IMG/VR virus record: IMGVR_UViG_3300049780_000025
Span: 1-28,275 of that record
DNA length: 28,275 nt
Direction: 5' to 3' (one strand)
From: a virus
Lineage: Duplodnaviria > Caudoviricetes
In this document: in pieces, positions 8,288 to 16,900 of the stretch
Layout of the letters: each line of letters opens with the position of its first letter
Position numbering within the stretch: position 1 is the stretch's first letter
Made by a program: the position numbers and the translations under genes
The notes under the pieces: model-generated
Database searches by the model: none
What the model was told of the DNA's origin: nothing
The model's input: the letters and a program-made list of their open reading frames with translations, nothing else

Positions 8288-9084
8288 GTGGTCTTCCTCG
8301 GGCGTACGTAGTCCGGGCTGTAGACGCGGGACGGCCGGGTGAGCCGGCCGGGGTTGACCGTCATCAGCCACATGTCCACCTCGGGGATGCCCGTGAGGCC
8401 GCTGCTGTAGAAGACGGTGGGGTCGGGCATCTCCATCTCGACGCCCTGGCGCTGGAGTCGGGTGATCTTGCTGTTCGCGTTGCATCCGCACGAGCCGCTG
8501 CCCCGGCAGCCCTTGAGCAGGTGGCACACCATCGCGGACACGGCCGCGATGGCGGAGTCGTCCGGTTCGATGCCCAGCCGGTACACCACGGTGAACGTGC
8601 CCTCGGTGAACTCCGGCTCGGCCATCTCCTGGCACTTGGGCCAGCACTCCCCGCCCAGGCGTACGAGCAGGCTCGGCGCGTCCACCCGGTACTCCACGCC
8701 GGGCACCAGGTCCTGGCCGTCCACGTTGACCCGCACCACGTCGTGCACCGGGCCCTGGAGCTTGACCTCACACAGCTCCGAGCACGAGCAGCCGGACGGG
8801 CGGCAGCCGCACACGCTGGCGTTGCGCCAGGCGCCATCCGTGCCGATGTACGGCACCCATGGGCCGGTGCCTGCCGCGGCCTGGAACGAGATGGGGCCGC
8901 CGTCCAGGCACGCCTGGCGGCACGGCCGTACGGTCACCTCGCACACACCGATGCGCCGGCCGGACAGCCTCCACAAGATCTGGGTGGCCACGCGCTGCCA
9001 CCGGGTGACGGTCTCCTCGTCGTCCGGCAGGTCACAGCACGGGATGATCGGCCAGGGCTCGCACGCGGTGGTCTGGAGCGGCAC
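8278..9084 (-). CDS. Head-to-tail adaptor protein, Cys-rich (268 aa)
   Basis: SD GAGGAGGTG before GTG. ATQILWRLSGR..C..TVRPC, RQGV and TGIPEVDMWL..VNP..L..PSRVYSPD motifs typical of actinophage adaptors. Follows the major tail gene. Confidence 0.8.
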   Translation of the reverse strand: MPLQTTACEPWPIIPCCDLPDDEETVTRWQRVATQILWRLSGRRIGVCEVTVRPCRQACLDGGPISFQAAAGTGPWVPYIGTDGAWRNASVCGCRPSGCSCSELCEVKLQGPVHDVVRVNVDGQDLVPGVEYRVDAPSLLVRLGGECWPKCQEMAEPEFTEGTFTVVYRLGIEPDDSAIAAVSAMVCHLLKGCRGSGSCGCNANSKITRLQRQGVEMEMPDPTVFYSSGLTGIPEVDMWLMTVNPGRLTRPSRVYSPDYVRPRKTTWP

Positions 9085-9113
9085 GGCTCACCTCCTCGAT
9101 GGCGGGTACGGCG

Positions 9114-9142
9114 CAGCCGCGCGACGAGGCGCCGCGCGGCTG
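9114..9142 (-). terminator. GC-rich hairpin downstream of major tail gene
   Basis: cagccgcgcg (9114-9123) pairs with cgcgcggctg (9133-9142). Confidence 0.55.
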
Positions 9143-9155
9143 GGCTGGTGGACCG

Positions 9156-9833
9156 TCAGGCCGGGACCGGCACGTAGTCACAGGACGGCGCCGGCGGCGG
9201 GGTGGTCGTGATGAACGTCCGCCGGTGGCAGTTGGCCTCCAGCGGGGTGAGCAGCGGCCCCGGGGTGCCCGTGGCGTCGGTGGGCATGACGTCGTACGGG
9301 CCGACGCCCCAGTTCCCGCCGGTCTTGGTGGACCCGGTGATCTGGAGGGTGACCGCCTCGCTGCCGATCTCCAGGTCGCCCAGCAGGCCGTTGCTGACCC
9401 AGGGCAGAAGGAAGTAGATCCACTGGCCGGTGGCGCCCTCGGCGCAGGCCTCGCCGAGGACTTCCGCCCACAGCTCCAGGCCAAAACCGGTGTCACACTT
9501 GACGCTGCACGTGTCGAAACCGATCGGGGCGCCGTCGTAGCCCAGCACGACGGGGTTGCCCGTCAGGATCTCGATCAGCTCCGGGGACACGCTGAAGACG
9601 TTCAGCTCCAGGTCGAACCCGCGGAAGGTCGGGCAGCCCCTCTTGTAGCCGCAGACGCGGCCGTTGGCCGCTTTGTACTCGATGTCCTCGCCGTCGTCGC
9701 TGTTGTTGTTCATCGCCAGGCTGGCGAAGCAGTCGAAGACGTATCCGTTGTCGTCCCCCGGGATGGGGTTACCGCACTGGTCGAGTCGCGTGACGCGCAT
9801 GACGTCCGCGTTGGCGATGAGCGGGCAAGACAT
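9156..9833 (-). CDS. Major tail (tube) protein (225 aa)
   Basis: SD AGGAGG. MRVTRLDQCG, KAANGRVC, PELIEILTG, GLELW, YFLLPWV and WGVGPYDV motifs match the actinophage major tail protein pattern. Confidence 0.85.
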   Translation of the reverse strand: MSCPLIANADVMRVTRLDQCGNPIPGDDNGYVFDCFASLAMNNNSDDGEDIEYKAANGRVCGYKRGCPTFRGFDLELNVFSVSPELIEILTGNPVVLGYDGAPIGFDTCSVKCDTGFGLELWAEVLGEACAEGATGQWIYFLLPWVSNGLLGDLEIGSEAVTLQITGSTKTGGNWGVGPYDVMPTDATGTPGPLLTPLEANCHRRTFITTTPPPAPSCDYVPVPA

Positions 9834-9854
9834 GCCGGCCTCCTATGAGCAGGA

Positions 9855-9916
9855 GTCCGGCCCTCAACCAGCGACATGTGCGTGTCCGGCCCGAAGCCAG
9901 CGACATCAGCAGTTTA
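9855..9916 (-). promoter_or_regulatory. Tandem leader hairpin motifs, copies 3 (9855-9875) and 4 (9883-9905), with putative -10 box TAAACT (9911-9916)
   Basis: Minus strand gcTAAACT-gctga-TGTC-GC-TGGCT-TCG-GGCCG-GACA ... GTC-GC-TGGTT-GAG-GGCCG-GAC, ending 21 nt before the major tail ATG. Confidence 0.85.
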
Positions 9917-9949
9917 GCTGCGGCCGGCCTGGTCAGCCCGGCCGCGAGC
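9917..9949 (-). terminator. Imperfect hairpin after the 98-aa gene
   Basis: gctgcggccgg ... ccggccgcgagc. Confidence 0.4.
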
Positions 9950-9959
9950 AGGGGGTTGG

Positions 9960-10256
9960 TCAGTTGTCGGCGGCCTCGCCGGTGTAGCCGGTCAGCCGCC
10001 GCGCCGTGGCGTCCGGGATGCCGGACGCGCGCAGCGCCTCGTAGTCCGCGCTCTGGGCTGCCTCGTCGGCGGCGACCAGGTCCTCGGCGTGCTCCTGGCG
10101 GGCCGCCTGAATCGTGGCGAGTTCGGTTTCGTACTCCTCCTGTGTCAGCTCCGTGGCTCCCTCGGGGAGGTCGGGCGCTGCTGCGGTGTCGCCGCTGGCG
10201 GCCTGGCTGCCCAGGGCCCCGCCGGCGGTCCGGTAGTACAGCGTGGTGTCTGCCAT
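9960..10256 (-). CDS. Putative fibre assembly chaperone (98 aa)
   Basis: Small acidic protein LYYRT..LPEGATELTQEEYE directly after a fibre-like gene. Resembles the 12784..13029 protein and Tfa-type chaperone motifs. Confidence 0.55.
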   Translation of the reverse strand: MADTTLYYRTAGGALGSQAASGDTAAAPDLPEGATELTQEEYETELATIQAARQEHAEDLVAADEAAQSADYEALRASGIPDATARRLTGYTGEAADN

Positions 10257-10268
10257 GGATCAGCTCTC

Positions 10269-11927
10269 CTACAGGACGAACACGAAGGCGCGTACGAACG
10301 ACTGGACGCGGTTGTAGGTGGCGCCGCCGGAGCCGCGCCCCATCGTGATGGGCAGGGTGTAGGTGAGGGTGCCGCCCGGCGGGATGGTGCCCGCGTTGAT
10401 CACCTTGGTGCCCTGGATGTGGGTGTCGAGAATGGTCGTCGTCCCGCTGTTACGCAGGTAGCTCATCTCGTCCGTGGACATGCCGAGGGCGGCGCCCGCG
10501 CCCGCCGGCAGGTTGAAGTCCGCGTCTGCCTCGGCCTCCAGGAGCACGAACGCCGGGCGGCAGGCGTCCGGGTTGACGATGTCGATGCTGTGCGTGGCAA
10601 CTTCGGTGTCCTCCGGGGTGGGCACCGTGACGTTCGCGAAGTCCAGCGTCTGCTGGTTCTGCTGGAACGCGATCTGCCCGCGCGGCTCGGCCCGCAGCTG
10701 TCCGGTGCTGTCGCAGTACACACCGCCGGCGGCCGTGTCGACGTCGCAGGCGTACGGCCAGGCGGCGACCGCCGCCGCGAGCGGGGCGCCGGCGCTGCCG
10801 TCGCCGGTGAGGCCGCAGGCCGTCTCCGGTGGCGTAGCGCTCACCTCGTACGGGTCCGCCGTCGTGCCGGTGCCGGTGACCGTCGTCCCGGTGCCGGCCT
10901 GCACGACGGTGGGCTGCGCGGCGATCTCGCCGTTGGCCGGGTCATAGGTGATGCCGTCCCCGGCCGAGAGGCAGCTGCGGACGTCGGCACATTCGATGAA
11001 CAGGCCCTCGGCGCCCTGGCCGATGAGGTTGGCCCCGCCCTGGGGCGGGGTGGGGTCGAGGACGACGTCCGTCGTCACGACGTACGGGTCCGCTGCCGCG
11101 CCGGTCCCCGTGACGGTGGTCGTCGCCGTGGGCGTGTTCCCGCCCTCCACGACGGAGGGGGTGCCGCCGCCGCTGGTCGGGGCGTACAGGCCGCCGTCAG
11201 TACCGAACGCGAGCGCGTTGCCCGCGTCCGTGGAGGGACGTGCGGCGATCTCGCCGGTGCCCGGGTCGTAGGCGATGCCGTCCCCGGCCGTCAGGCAGCT
11301 GCGCACGTCGCTGCACTCCACGTACAGCCCGTCGGGGCCCGCATGCGCGAGGTTGGAGCCACCACCAGGCGGAGCCGGGTCCAGGATGACGGCGGCGCTC
11401 ACCTCGTACGGGTCGCCAGCGCTCCCGGTGCCGGACACGGTGACGTCCACGGTGGGCGTGTCCGCGGCCTGCACTGCGGTCGGGTCGGCGGCTGCCGCGG
11501 GCGGGGTGTAGATCCCGCCGTCCGTGCCGAAGGTGGTCGCGTTGTCGGCGTCCGTGGAGAGCCGGGCGGACACCACGCCCGTGGCCGGGTTGTACTCGGC
11601 GCCGTCCCCAGCTGAGATGCACTGCCTGACGTCGGCGCACTCCACGTACAGCCCGTCCGGTCCCGCATGCGCGAGGTTGGATCCGCCACCAGGCGGGGCG
11701 GGGTCGAGGATGACGGCGGCGCTCACCACGTACGGGTCGCCAGCGCTCCCGGTACCGGACACGGTGGCGTCCACGGTCGGGGTGTCCTGCGCCTGCAGGA
11801 CCGTGGGCGTCGCGGCGCCAGCGCTGATCACGTAGGGGGCGGACGGGCTGCCGTTGCCGGCGACCGTGACGCCGGGGCCGGCGGTGACGGTGCACTTGCA
11901 GCCGCGGCTGCCGCAGCAGTTGGCCAT
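10269..11927 (-). CDS. Fibre-like virion protein with 108-aa repeats (552 aa)
   Basis: MANCCGSRGCKC leader; six GxGS/TxxD/APY-type motifs; STDA(D/G)NAxxFGTDGG(I/L)Y motifs; three 108-aa units (324-nt period); beta-rich C-terminal domain. Confidence 0.75.
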   Translation of the reverse strand: MANCCGSRGCKCTVTAGPGVTVAGNGSPSAPYVISAGAATPTVLQAQDTPTVDATVSGTGSAGDPYVVSAAVILDPAPPGGGSNLAHAGPDGLYVECADVRQCISAGDGAEYNPATGVVSARLSTDADNATTFGTDGGIYTPPAAAADPTAVQAADTPTVDVTVSGTGSAGDPYEVSAAVILDPAPPGGGSNLAHAGPDGLYVECSDVRSCLTAGDGIAYDPGTGEIAARPSTDAGNALAFGTDGGLYAPTSGGGTPSVVEGGNTPTATTTVTGTGAAADPYVVTTDVVLDPTPPQGGANLIGQGAEGLFIECADVRSCLSAGDGITYDPANGEIAAQPTVVQAGTGTTVTGTGTTADPYEVSATPPETACGLTGDGSAGAPLAAAVAAWPYACDVDTAAGGVYCDSTGQLRAEPRGQIAFQQNQQTLDFANVTVPTPEDTEVATHSIDIVNPDACRPAFVLLEAEADADFNLPAGAGAALGMSTDEMSYLRNSGTTTILDTHIQGTKVINAGTIPPGGTLTYTLPITMGRGSGGATYNRVQSFVRAFVFVL

Positions 11928-11959
11928 GAGGGGCTCCTCGAAAAAGGGGATGGAGGAGT

Positions 11960-12020
11960 CGCCCGGCCCTCAACCAGCAGCGTCACAAGAGGGGGCGCCC
12001 GGCCCTGAACCAGTCGGCGC
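11960..12020 (-). promoter_or_regulatory. Tandem leader hairpin motifs, copies 5 (11960-11982) and 6 (11995-12020)
   Basis: Minus strand GCGCC-GAC-TGGTT-CAG-GGCCG-GGCGC ... CGCT-GC-TGGTT-GAG-GGCCG-GGCG, ending 32 nt before the 552-aa ATG. Confidence 0.85.
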
Positions 12021-12038
12021 GTATGCGGTTGTCGAATC

Positions 12039-12344
12039 TCAGGCGGTCACGGCCTGGGCGTGCACGGTGACCCCGGAGGCGTTGGCGCCGACCGCCAGCA
12101 CGCCGATGCCCAGGAGCGTGACCCCGGCGGCGGCCAGGACGTGGACGGTGGTCTGGGCGGAAGTGTTGGAGGCGATCCGGGCGGAGCGGAACCCGTCCCC
12201 GGCTTCCACGGCGACGGTGACGACCGGGGGCGCAGCGAACGCCCCGGCCGGCCAGGTGAAGGTGGCCACGCCGTTGGCGGCCGTCACCGCCGTGGCGCGC
12301 TCCTGACGGCGCTGCGGCGCCTCGTAGTCCCCAGCCGTCCCCAT
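12039..12344 (-). CDS. Small beta-rich protein (101 aa), possibly H-type-lectin/gp53-like fold
   Basis: Tightly packed in the operon. TFTWPAGAFAAPPVVTV resembles the FxxxPxV motif of that fold (inference). Confidence 0.6.
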   Translation of the reverse strand: MGTAGDYEAPQRRQERATAVTAANGVATFTWPAGAFAAPPVVTVAVEAGDGFRSARIASNTSAQTTVHVLAAAGVTLLGIGVLAVGANASGVTVHAQAVTA

Positions 12345-12347
12345 CAG

Positions 12348-12815
12348 CTACACCTCGCGGGTCGAGCTGACGAGGAAGTCACTCCCGGCGGCCCCGGTGA
12401 ACGCGTAAGCGTCCTGGAGGGATTCGCCCGTGTCCCCGCCCTGGTCCACGCCCCACGTGAGGGAGGTGCCGGCAGGGACGGTGACGGGCGCGCCGCCGCC
12501 GATCGCCACGGCGGCCGTCCCGGCGAGGACGACCAGCGTCACGGAGCGGGCGCCGGCCGGGATCGTGACGGTGCCCGCGCCGGTTTGCCGCTGGAGCGTG
12601 CCGTCGAGTTGCGGGTTCGCCGGGGTCGCGGGCGCCTCACAGCGCCGTACGGTCCCGACAGGGGTGTAGTCGGCGCCGTCGAGGGTGGCGTCCTCGGGGG
12701 CCAGGGCCCCGGTGTCGTCCAGGGCCCACCGGCGCAGAAAGGCGCCGTTGTCGTCGCACAGGACGTCATGCTCGGCGTCCGGCCTACCGGCGACGCTTCC
12801 GGCCGTTCCTGCCAT
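12348..12815 (-). CDS. Cys-module protein, short paralogue of the 601- and 1638-aa proteins (155 aa)
   Basis: VLCDDNGAFLRR..LDGADYTPVGTVRRC is nearly identical in pattern to VLCDDNGPFIRK..LAGATYAPVGTVGQC in the 601-aa protein. Shares their C-terminal SVTL..G..TW.V domain. Confidence 0.8.
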   Translation of the reverse strand: MAGTAGSVAGRPDAEHDVLCDDNGAFLRRWALDDTGALAPEDATLDGADYTPVGTVRRCEAPATPANPQLDGTLQRQTGAGTVTIPAGARSVTLVVLAGTAAVAIGGGAPVTVPAGTSLTWGVDQGGDTGESLQDAYAFTGAAGSDFLVSSTREV

Positions 12816-13029
12816 CGCTGCTCGTCTCCTTCGGCTGCTCGTCGCTGGCCTGCGTCACGGCGGTGGTACGGGCCGCCTGCGCGGCCTCCTCGGCGGCCGT
12901 GACGGCGGCCTCGTACTCCTCGGCGGTGATCTCCTCGTGCCCGGCGTCCAGGAGCACCGCGGCCCTCTCGTCGGTGAGGTTGCCGTACTGCGCCACCCCA
13001 TGCGAGGTGCGGAAATAGCGCACGCTCAT
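12784..13029 (-). CDS. Putative fibre assembly chaperone (81 aa)
   Basis: VRYFRT..GHEEITAEEYE; follows a fibre-like gene; paralogous to 9960..10256. Confidence 0.55.
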   Translation of the reverse strand: MSVRYFRTSHGVAQYGNLTDERAAVLLDAGHEEITAEEYEAAVTAAEEAAQAARTTAVTQASDEQPKETSSDGRNGRKRRR

Positions 13030-13044
13030 CTCGGTCCGCCCTTC

Positions 13045-13842
13045 TCAGTCGGAAATCTTGTTGAACGCGACGGCCACGTTGGAAGACAGCCCGTCGCCCG
13101 AGACATAGGTGCCGTTGAACTGGACCCAGCCCTGCACCCTTTGACCGGCGGCGAGCTGCATGCGGTAGGTGAACGTGACCGCGCCGGTCTCGGGCCCGCC
13201 CATGACCGCCGGAGCCGTGAGGTTGTAGCTGTAGGACATGACCACGCCCGCCTTGAGCCTGGTGCCGTCCACGCCTACGGCACCGACGATGGTGTAGTCG
13301 GCGGTGCTGCGGGGGTAGAGGACGCCCGCGTAGCCGTCCACGAACGCCTCGATCAGGTACACGCCGTCTTCGGGGACCACGAGCTCGGCCCCGAGGTTCC
13401 ACACGCCCATGCCGGCGCTGGAAACCGGTGTGAGGCCGCCCTGCGCCCACGGCGGGGACAGCCGCGCGCCGACCGTGAACGTGTCGGCGGGGCCCTCCAC
13501 CACGTCAACGTCCACGGACCGGGCGGTACCCACCGGGGCCGGGGCGCCACCGGCGACGGGCGCGACGGTCGTTTCCGGCGGCGTCGGAACGAACAGGTTG
13601 CCGTCGCTACCGATGCCGAGGGTGTTCCCGGCATCGCCCGAGGGCCGCACCAGCAGCCCCAGAGGATCGGCTGTCAGCCCGTTCGGTTCAAAGGGATGCA
13701 CCTTCACCGTGGCGGTGAGCGGTGCGCCCGTAGAGCCGTCGCCTTCCAGGTCCACGGTGGTGCTGTCCGCCGTCGTGATGGAGGTGAGGCCGCCGCCTCC
13801 TCCGGTGCTGCTACCGCCGCAGCACCACGCTTTGCCCGCCAT
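13045..13842 (-). CDS. Short fibre-like virion protein (265 aa)
   Basis: Better start is the ATG at 13842 with SD AAGGAG (MAGKAWCCGG). GDGSTGAPLTA and RPSGDAGNTLGIGSDGNLFV motifs are shared with the 552-aa protein. C-terminal VPEDGVYLI..LAAGQRV resembles a C1q/TNF-like head (inference). Confidence 0.75.
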   Translation of the reverse strand: MAGKAWCCGGSSTGGGGGLTSITTADSTTVDLEGDGSTGAPLTATVKVHPFEPNGLTADPLGLLVRPSGDAGNTLGIGSDGNLFVPTPPETTVAPVAGGAPAPVGTARSVDVDVVEGPADTFTVGARLSPPWAQGGLTPVSSAGMGVWNLGAELVVPEDGVYLIEAFVDGYAGVLYPRSTADYTIVGAVGVDGTRLKAGVVMSYSYNLTAPAVMGGPETGAVTFTYRMQLAAGQRVQGWVQFNGTYVSGDGLSSNVAVAFNKISD

Positions 13843-13902
13843 GCCGTGCTCCTTCGCTTGGTGGGGGCGAGGGCCGGCCATCCGGCCCCCGCTGGAGGGT
13901 GG

Positions 13903-16900
13903 TTATGCCGTGTAGGTCCACAGCAGGAGGTACGACGTGCCGGCGTCGGCGCCTGCGAAGGAGGCCGCGTCCATCAGGCCGTCACCGCCGACGGACCAGG
14001 TTCCGGAGACCCCGGCCGGGAACGGCACATCGACCCCTGCGCTGAGCGTCGCGAGCGCGGTTCCGCTGTGCACGATCAGGGTCACGGACTGGAGGCCCGG
14101 GAACTCGGTCACGAGGTCCTGCGGGGCCGTGCCCGTGACCGCACGAGCGCCCGTCAGGGTCGTGCTGACCACGGCGTCGGCCGGGCAGTCGACCGGTGAG
14201 ACGGGCTCATACGGCAACGTGAAGTCGCCGTCTTCGTACGTGCCGACGAGGACCGGTGCGCCCGCGCCGTCTGGGTCGACGGACCACAGCTCGATGTACC
14301 GGACGAGGCCGCCCGGCGCCTGGTCGCACCCGCACCGCTCTACGAGCTGTCGGCCGCTCGCTGTCGTGCTGTTCCCCTCACCGTCGGTACTGGTCGGGCA
14401 GGTCCCAGCCTCGCCGTCGAGGACGTACGCGGTGGTGCCGTCCAGCTCCCAGTCCGTCGATCCGGTCGGCTGCCCGTCGCAGTCGTACGAGATAGCACGG
14501 AGGAACGGGGTGGCGGTGACGATGGGGTCGTTGGTCTGGACCGGCAGCGGGCGGATATGGAGATCCCGGCCGCTCCCGTCACCGACCGTCCGGTCCGTGA
14601 AGCGAATGTTCACCGCGCCAGAGGCCGGGGCGGTGAACGCCAGCGGCGTATCAGCGGTCAGGGGACCGTTCACGGTCGACCCGTTGGAGAGGTTGGTGTC
14701 CCGGGTGGTGAGGACGGTCGCGCCGTCCAGCACCTCGGCCCGGTACATCGCGTCCCTGGTGCCCAGCGGGAAGCCGCCGCCACCCCATCCGGAGTCGAAC
14801 AGCACCTCGTAGGAGAAGCCAGGGACGAGGCCGGACACCGTCCGTTCGACGACGCCGTTGACCGCCACGTTCCCCTGAGAGAAGACGAGGATGCCACCGC
14901 TATTGAAGACGTTCCCGGTCAGGGTGAAGCCGCTGGCCGGGATCGGGATGGGCGGCGGCGGGGCGGACACCACGTCGCAGAGCTGCGTGACCTGCACGGC
15001 AGAGCACGAGCTGCCAGCCGGGCAGGTCGTGAGACTGGAGCCGGCGGGCAGGGTGACCGCGTCGCCGGTGACGGCGTCCACAAACCGGGGTGCTCCGGTT
15101 GCCGTGCCGGTGGTGTCGTAGACCTGCTCGGCGCGCACGCGCTGGAGGACGTCCCCGGTGGCGTCGTCCACGACGCACAGCGGCCAGGTCTCGACGTCGA
15201 ACCCGTCGCCGCCCGTGCCGCCAGGGCACGGAACGATGGTGGAGTCCGCCGGGATGCCGGGCTGCGGGTTGCCGTCCCCGTCGAGGTAGGTGATCGTGCC
15301 GTCCGAGCAGGTGGTCCGGAGCCACTGCTCGAAGGCGGTCGCGTCGACGTCGTACGTCACCACCAGGTGCATCATCACGCCGGACGCGCCACTACCGAAG
15401 ACCGTTTCCTGGCCGTGGAGGTAGAGGGTGTTCGTGCCCGCCTGCGCGCCCGGCACGGCGGCCGGGCCGAACGTGTAGGCCGGCTGGGCGTGGTTGCGGT
15501 TGACGGCCTGCCAGGGGCCGGCGTTGAGCCGCCACTCCACCGCGATCTGGTCGGCGTTGAGGACGGTGGAGGAAACCTTGATGGTGGCGGGGTCCGCGAA
15601 CGGCGGCAGGTCGAACGAGGCCCGCGCGTACCAGTCCGGGGTCGCCGGCGTCATGGTCGGACCCTCACCCGGCAGGCCGGTATTGGTGACCGTGCGGTCA
15701 GGGTGCTGCGCAACCCAGTGCGCGGTGCCGCCCGCAGTGCCCGAGTCGGTCACGGTCCACCCCGGGTAGACGCCGACCTGGTACATGTCGTACCAGGGGC
15801 CAGCGAGGCTGCCGAGGGACCACTTCCAGACGGGGTCGACCCGGCCGTCCGTGTTGTTGTCCGCGTTGCTGATGAACTCCACGGTCCCGGACGGGCGCAC
15901 GCACAGGGGCGTGCTCGTGCAGTCCACCGGGCGGCACTGGCCCACGGTGCCGCTGGTCGTGTCGAAGGTGGCGCCGCCGAGGGTGTAGTCCGAGTGGCCG
16001 ATGATCGCGCCGGTGTCGTCCCTGCGGTAGTCCCGGACGATCTCCGTCACCGTGCCGTCTGTGGCGGTGTGGCACAGCAGAACCGCGTCCTGCTCGGGCT
16101 GCGGATCGGTGCAGAAGCCGACCGTGCCGGCGCCCGCGTTGAAGAGGGTCGTGCCGTTGAGCTGCGTGTCCCTGAAGCCGGTGACGGCGCCGGTGGAGGC
16201 GTTGTAGACGAAGTGCCGCAGGAACGGCGTCACGGTGCCGTCCGCCGTCGCCGTGTGGCACAGGAGCAGCGGCTCCACGTCCGTGCCCTGGGGCTGGTCC
16301 TGCGTCGGCTGGCACACCTTGACCGTGGCCGGCGGCGCGTAGGCCGTGGTGCCGTCAAGGAGCGTGTCCGTGATGGCGGTGACCATGCCCTCGCAGTCGC
16401 GGCAGATGCGGCGGAGGAACTGCACGCTCGGGGTGACCTGGAGGGCGCCGACCCACGAGGTGCGGAACGCCCCGTTGACGGCCCTGCGGGGGCCGAGGAA
16501 GAGCGTGGTCAGGGTGGACACCGGGCCGGGAGTGCGGAACCGTGCGGACACGGCCTTGGTGGGGTTGGCGAGGTTCGCGCCGGTCGGGTCGGGGGCCTGC
16601 TGGAGGTTCACGCACGCCAGGCCGGTGACCGCGTTGTAGTTCCATCCGGTGGGGAGGCTGACGACCTCCAGGCCGACCGGGAGCTGCATGCAGTTGTCGT
16701 CCGTCTCCGTCGGGTTCGCGATGTACCCCATGTAGACGGAGAACTCGACGACCGACGGCTCACTGAAGGTGAACGTGTACGGGGTGACCTGGACGTTCGG
16801 GAAGCTCGCAGGGTTGCCCCACCATGCGCCGTCCGCGTTGCTGACGCTGCTCCCGATGGCGGTGAGGCTGGCCCTCGTCTGCCATGCCACACCGTTGGGG

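Noticed and set aside
13861-13900. Possible eighth hairpin copy (ccggcccccgctgg) upstream of the 265-aa gene
   Set aside because: Only the GGGCCGG half matches; the TGGYT arm and bulge are missing.
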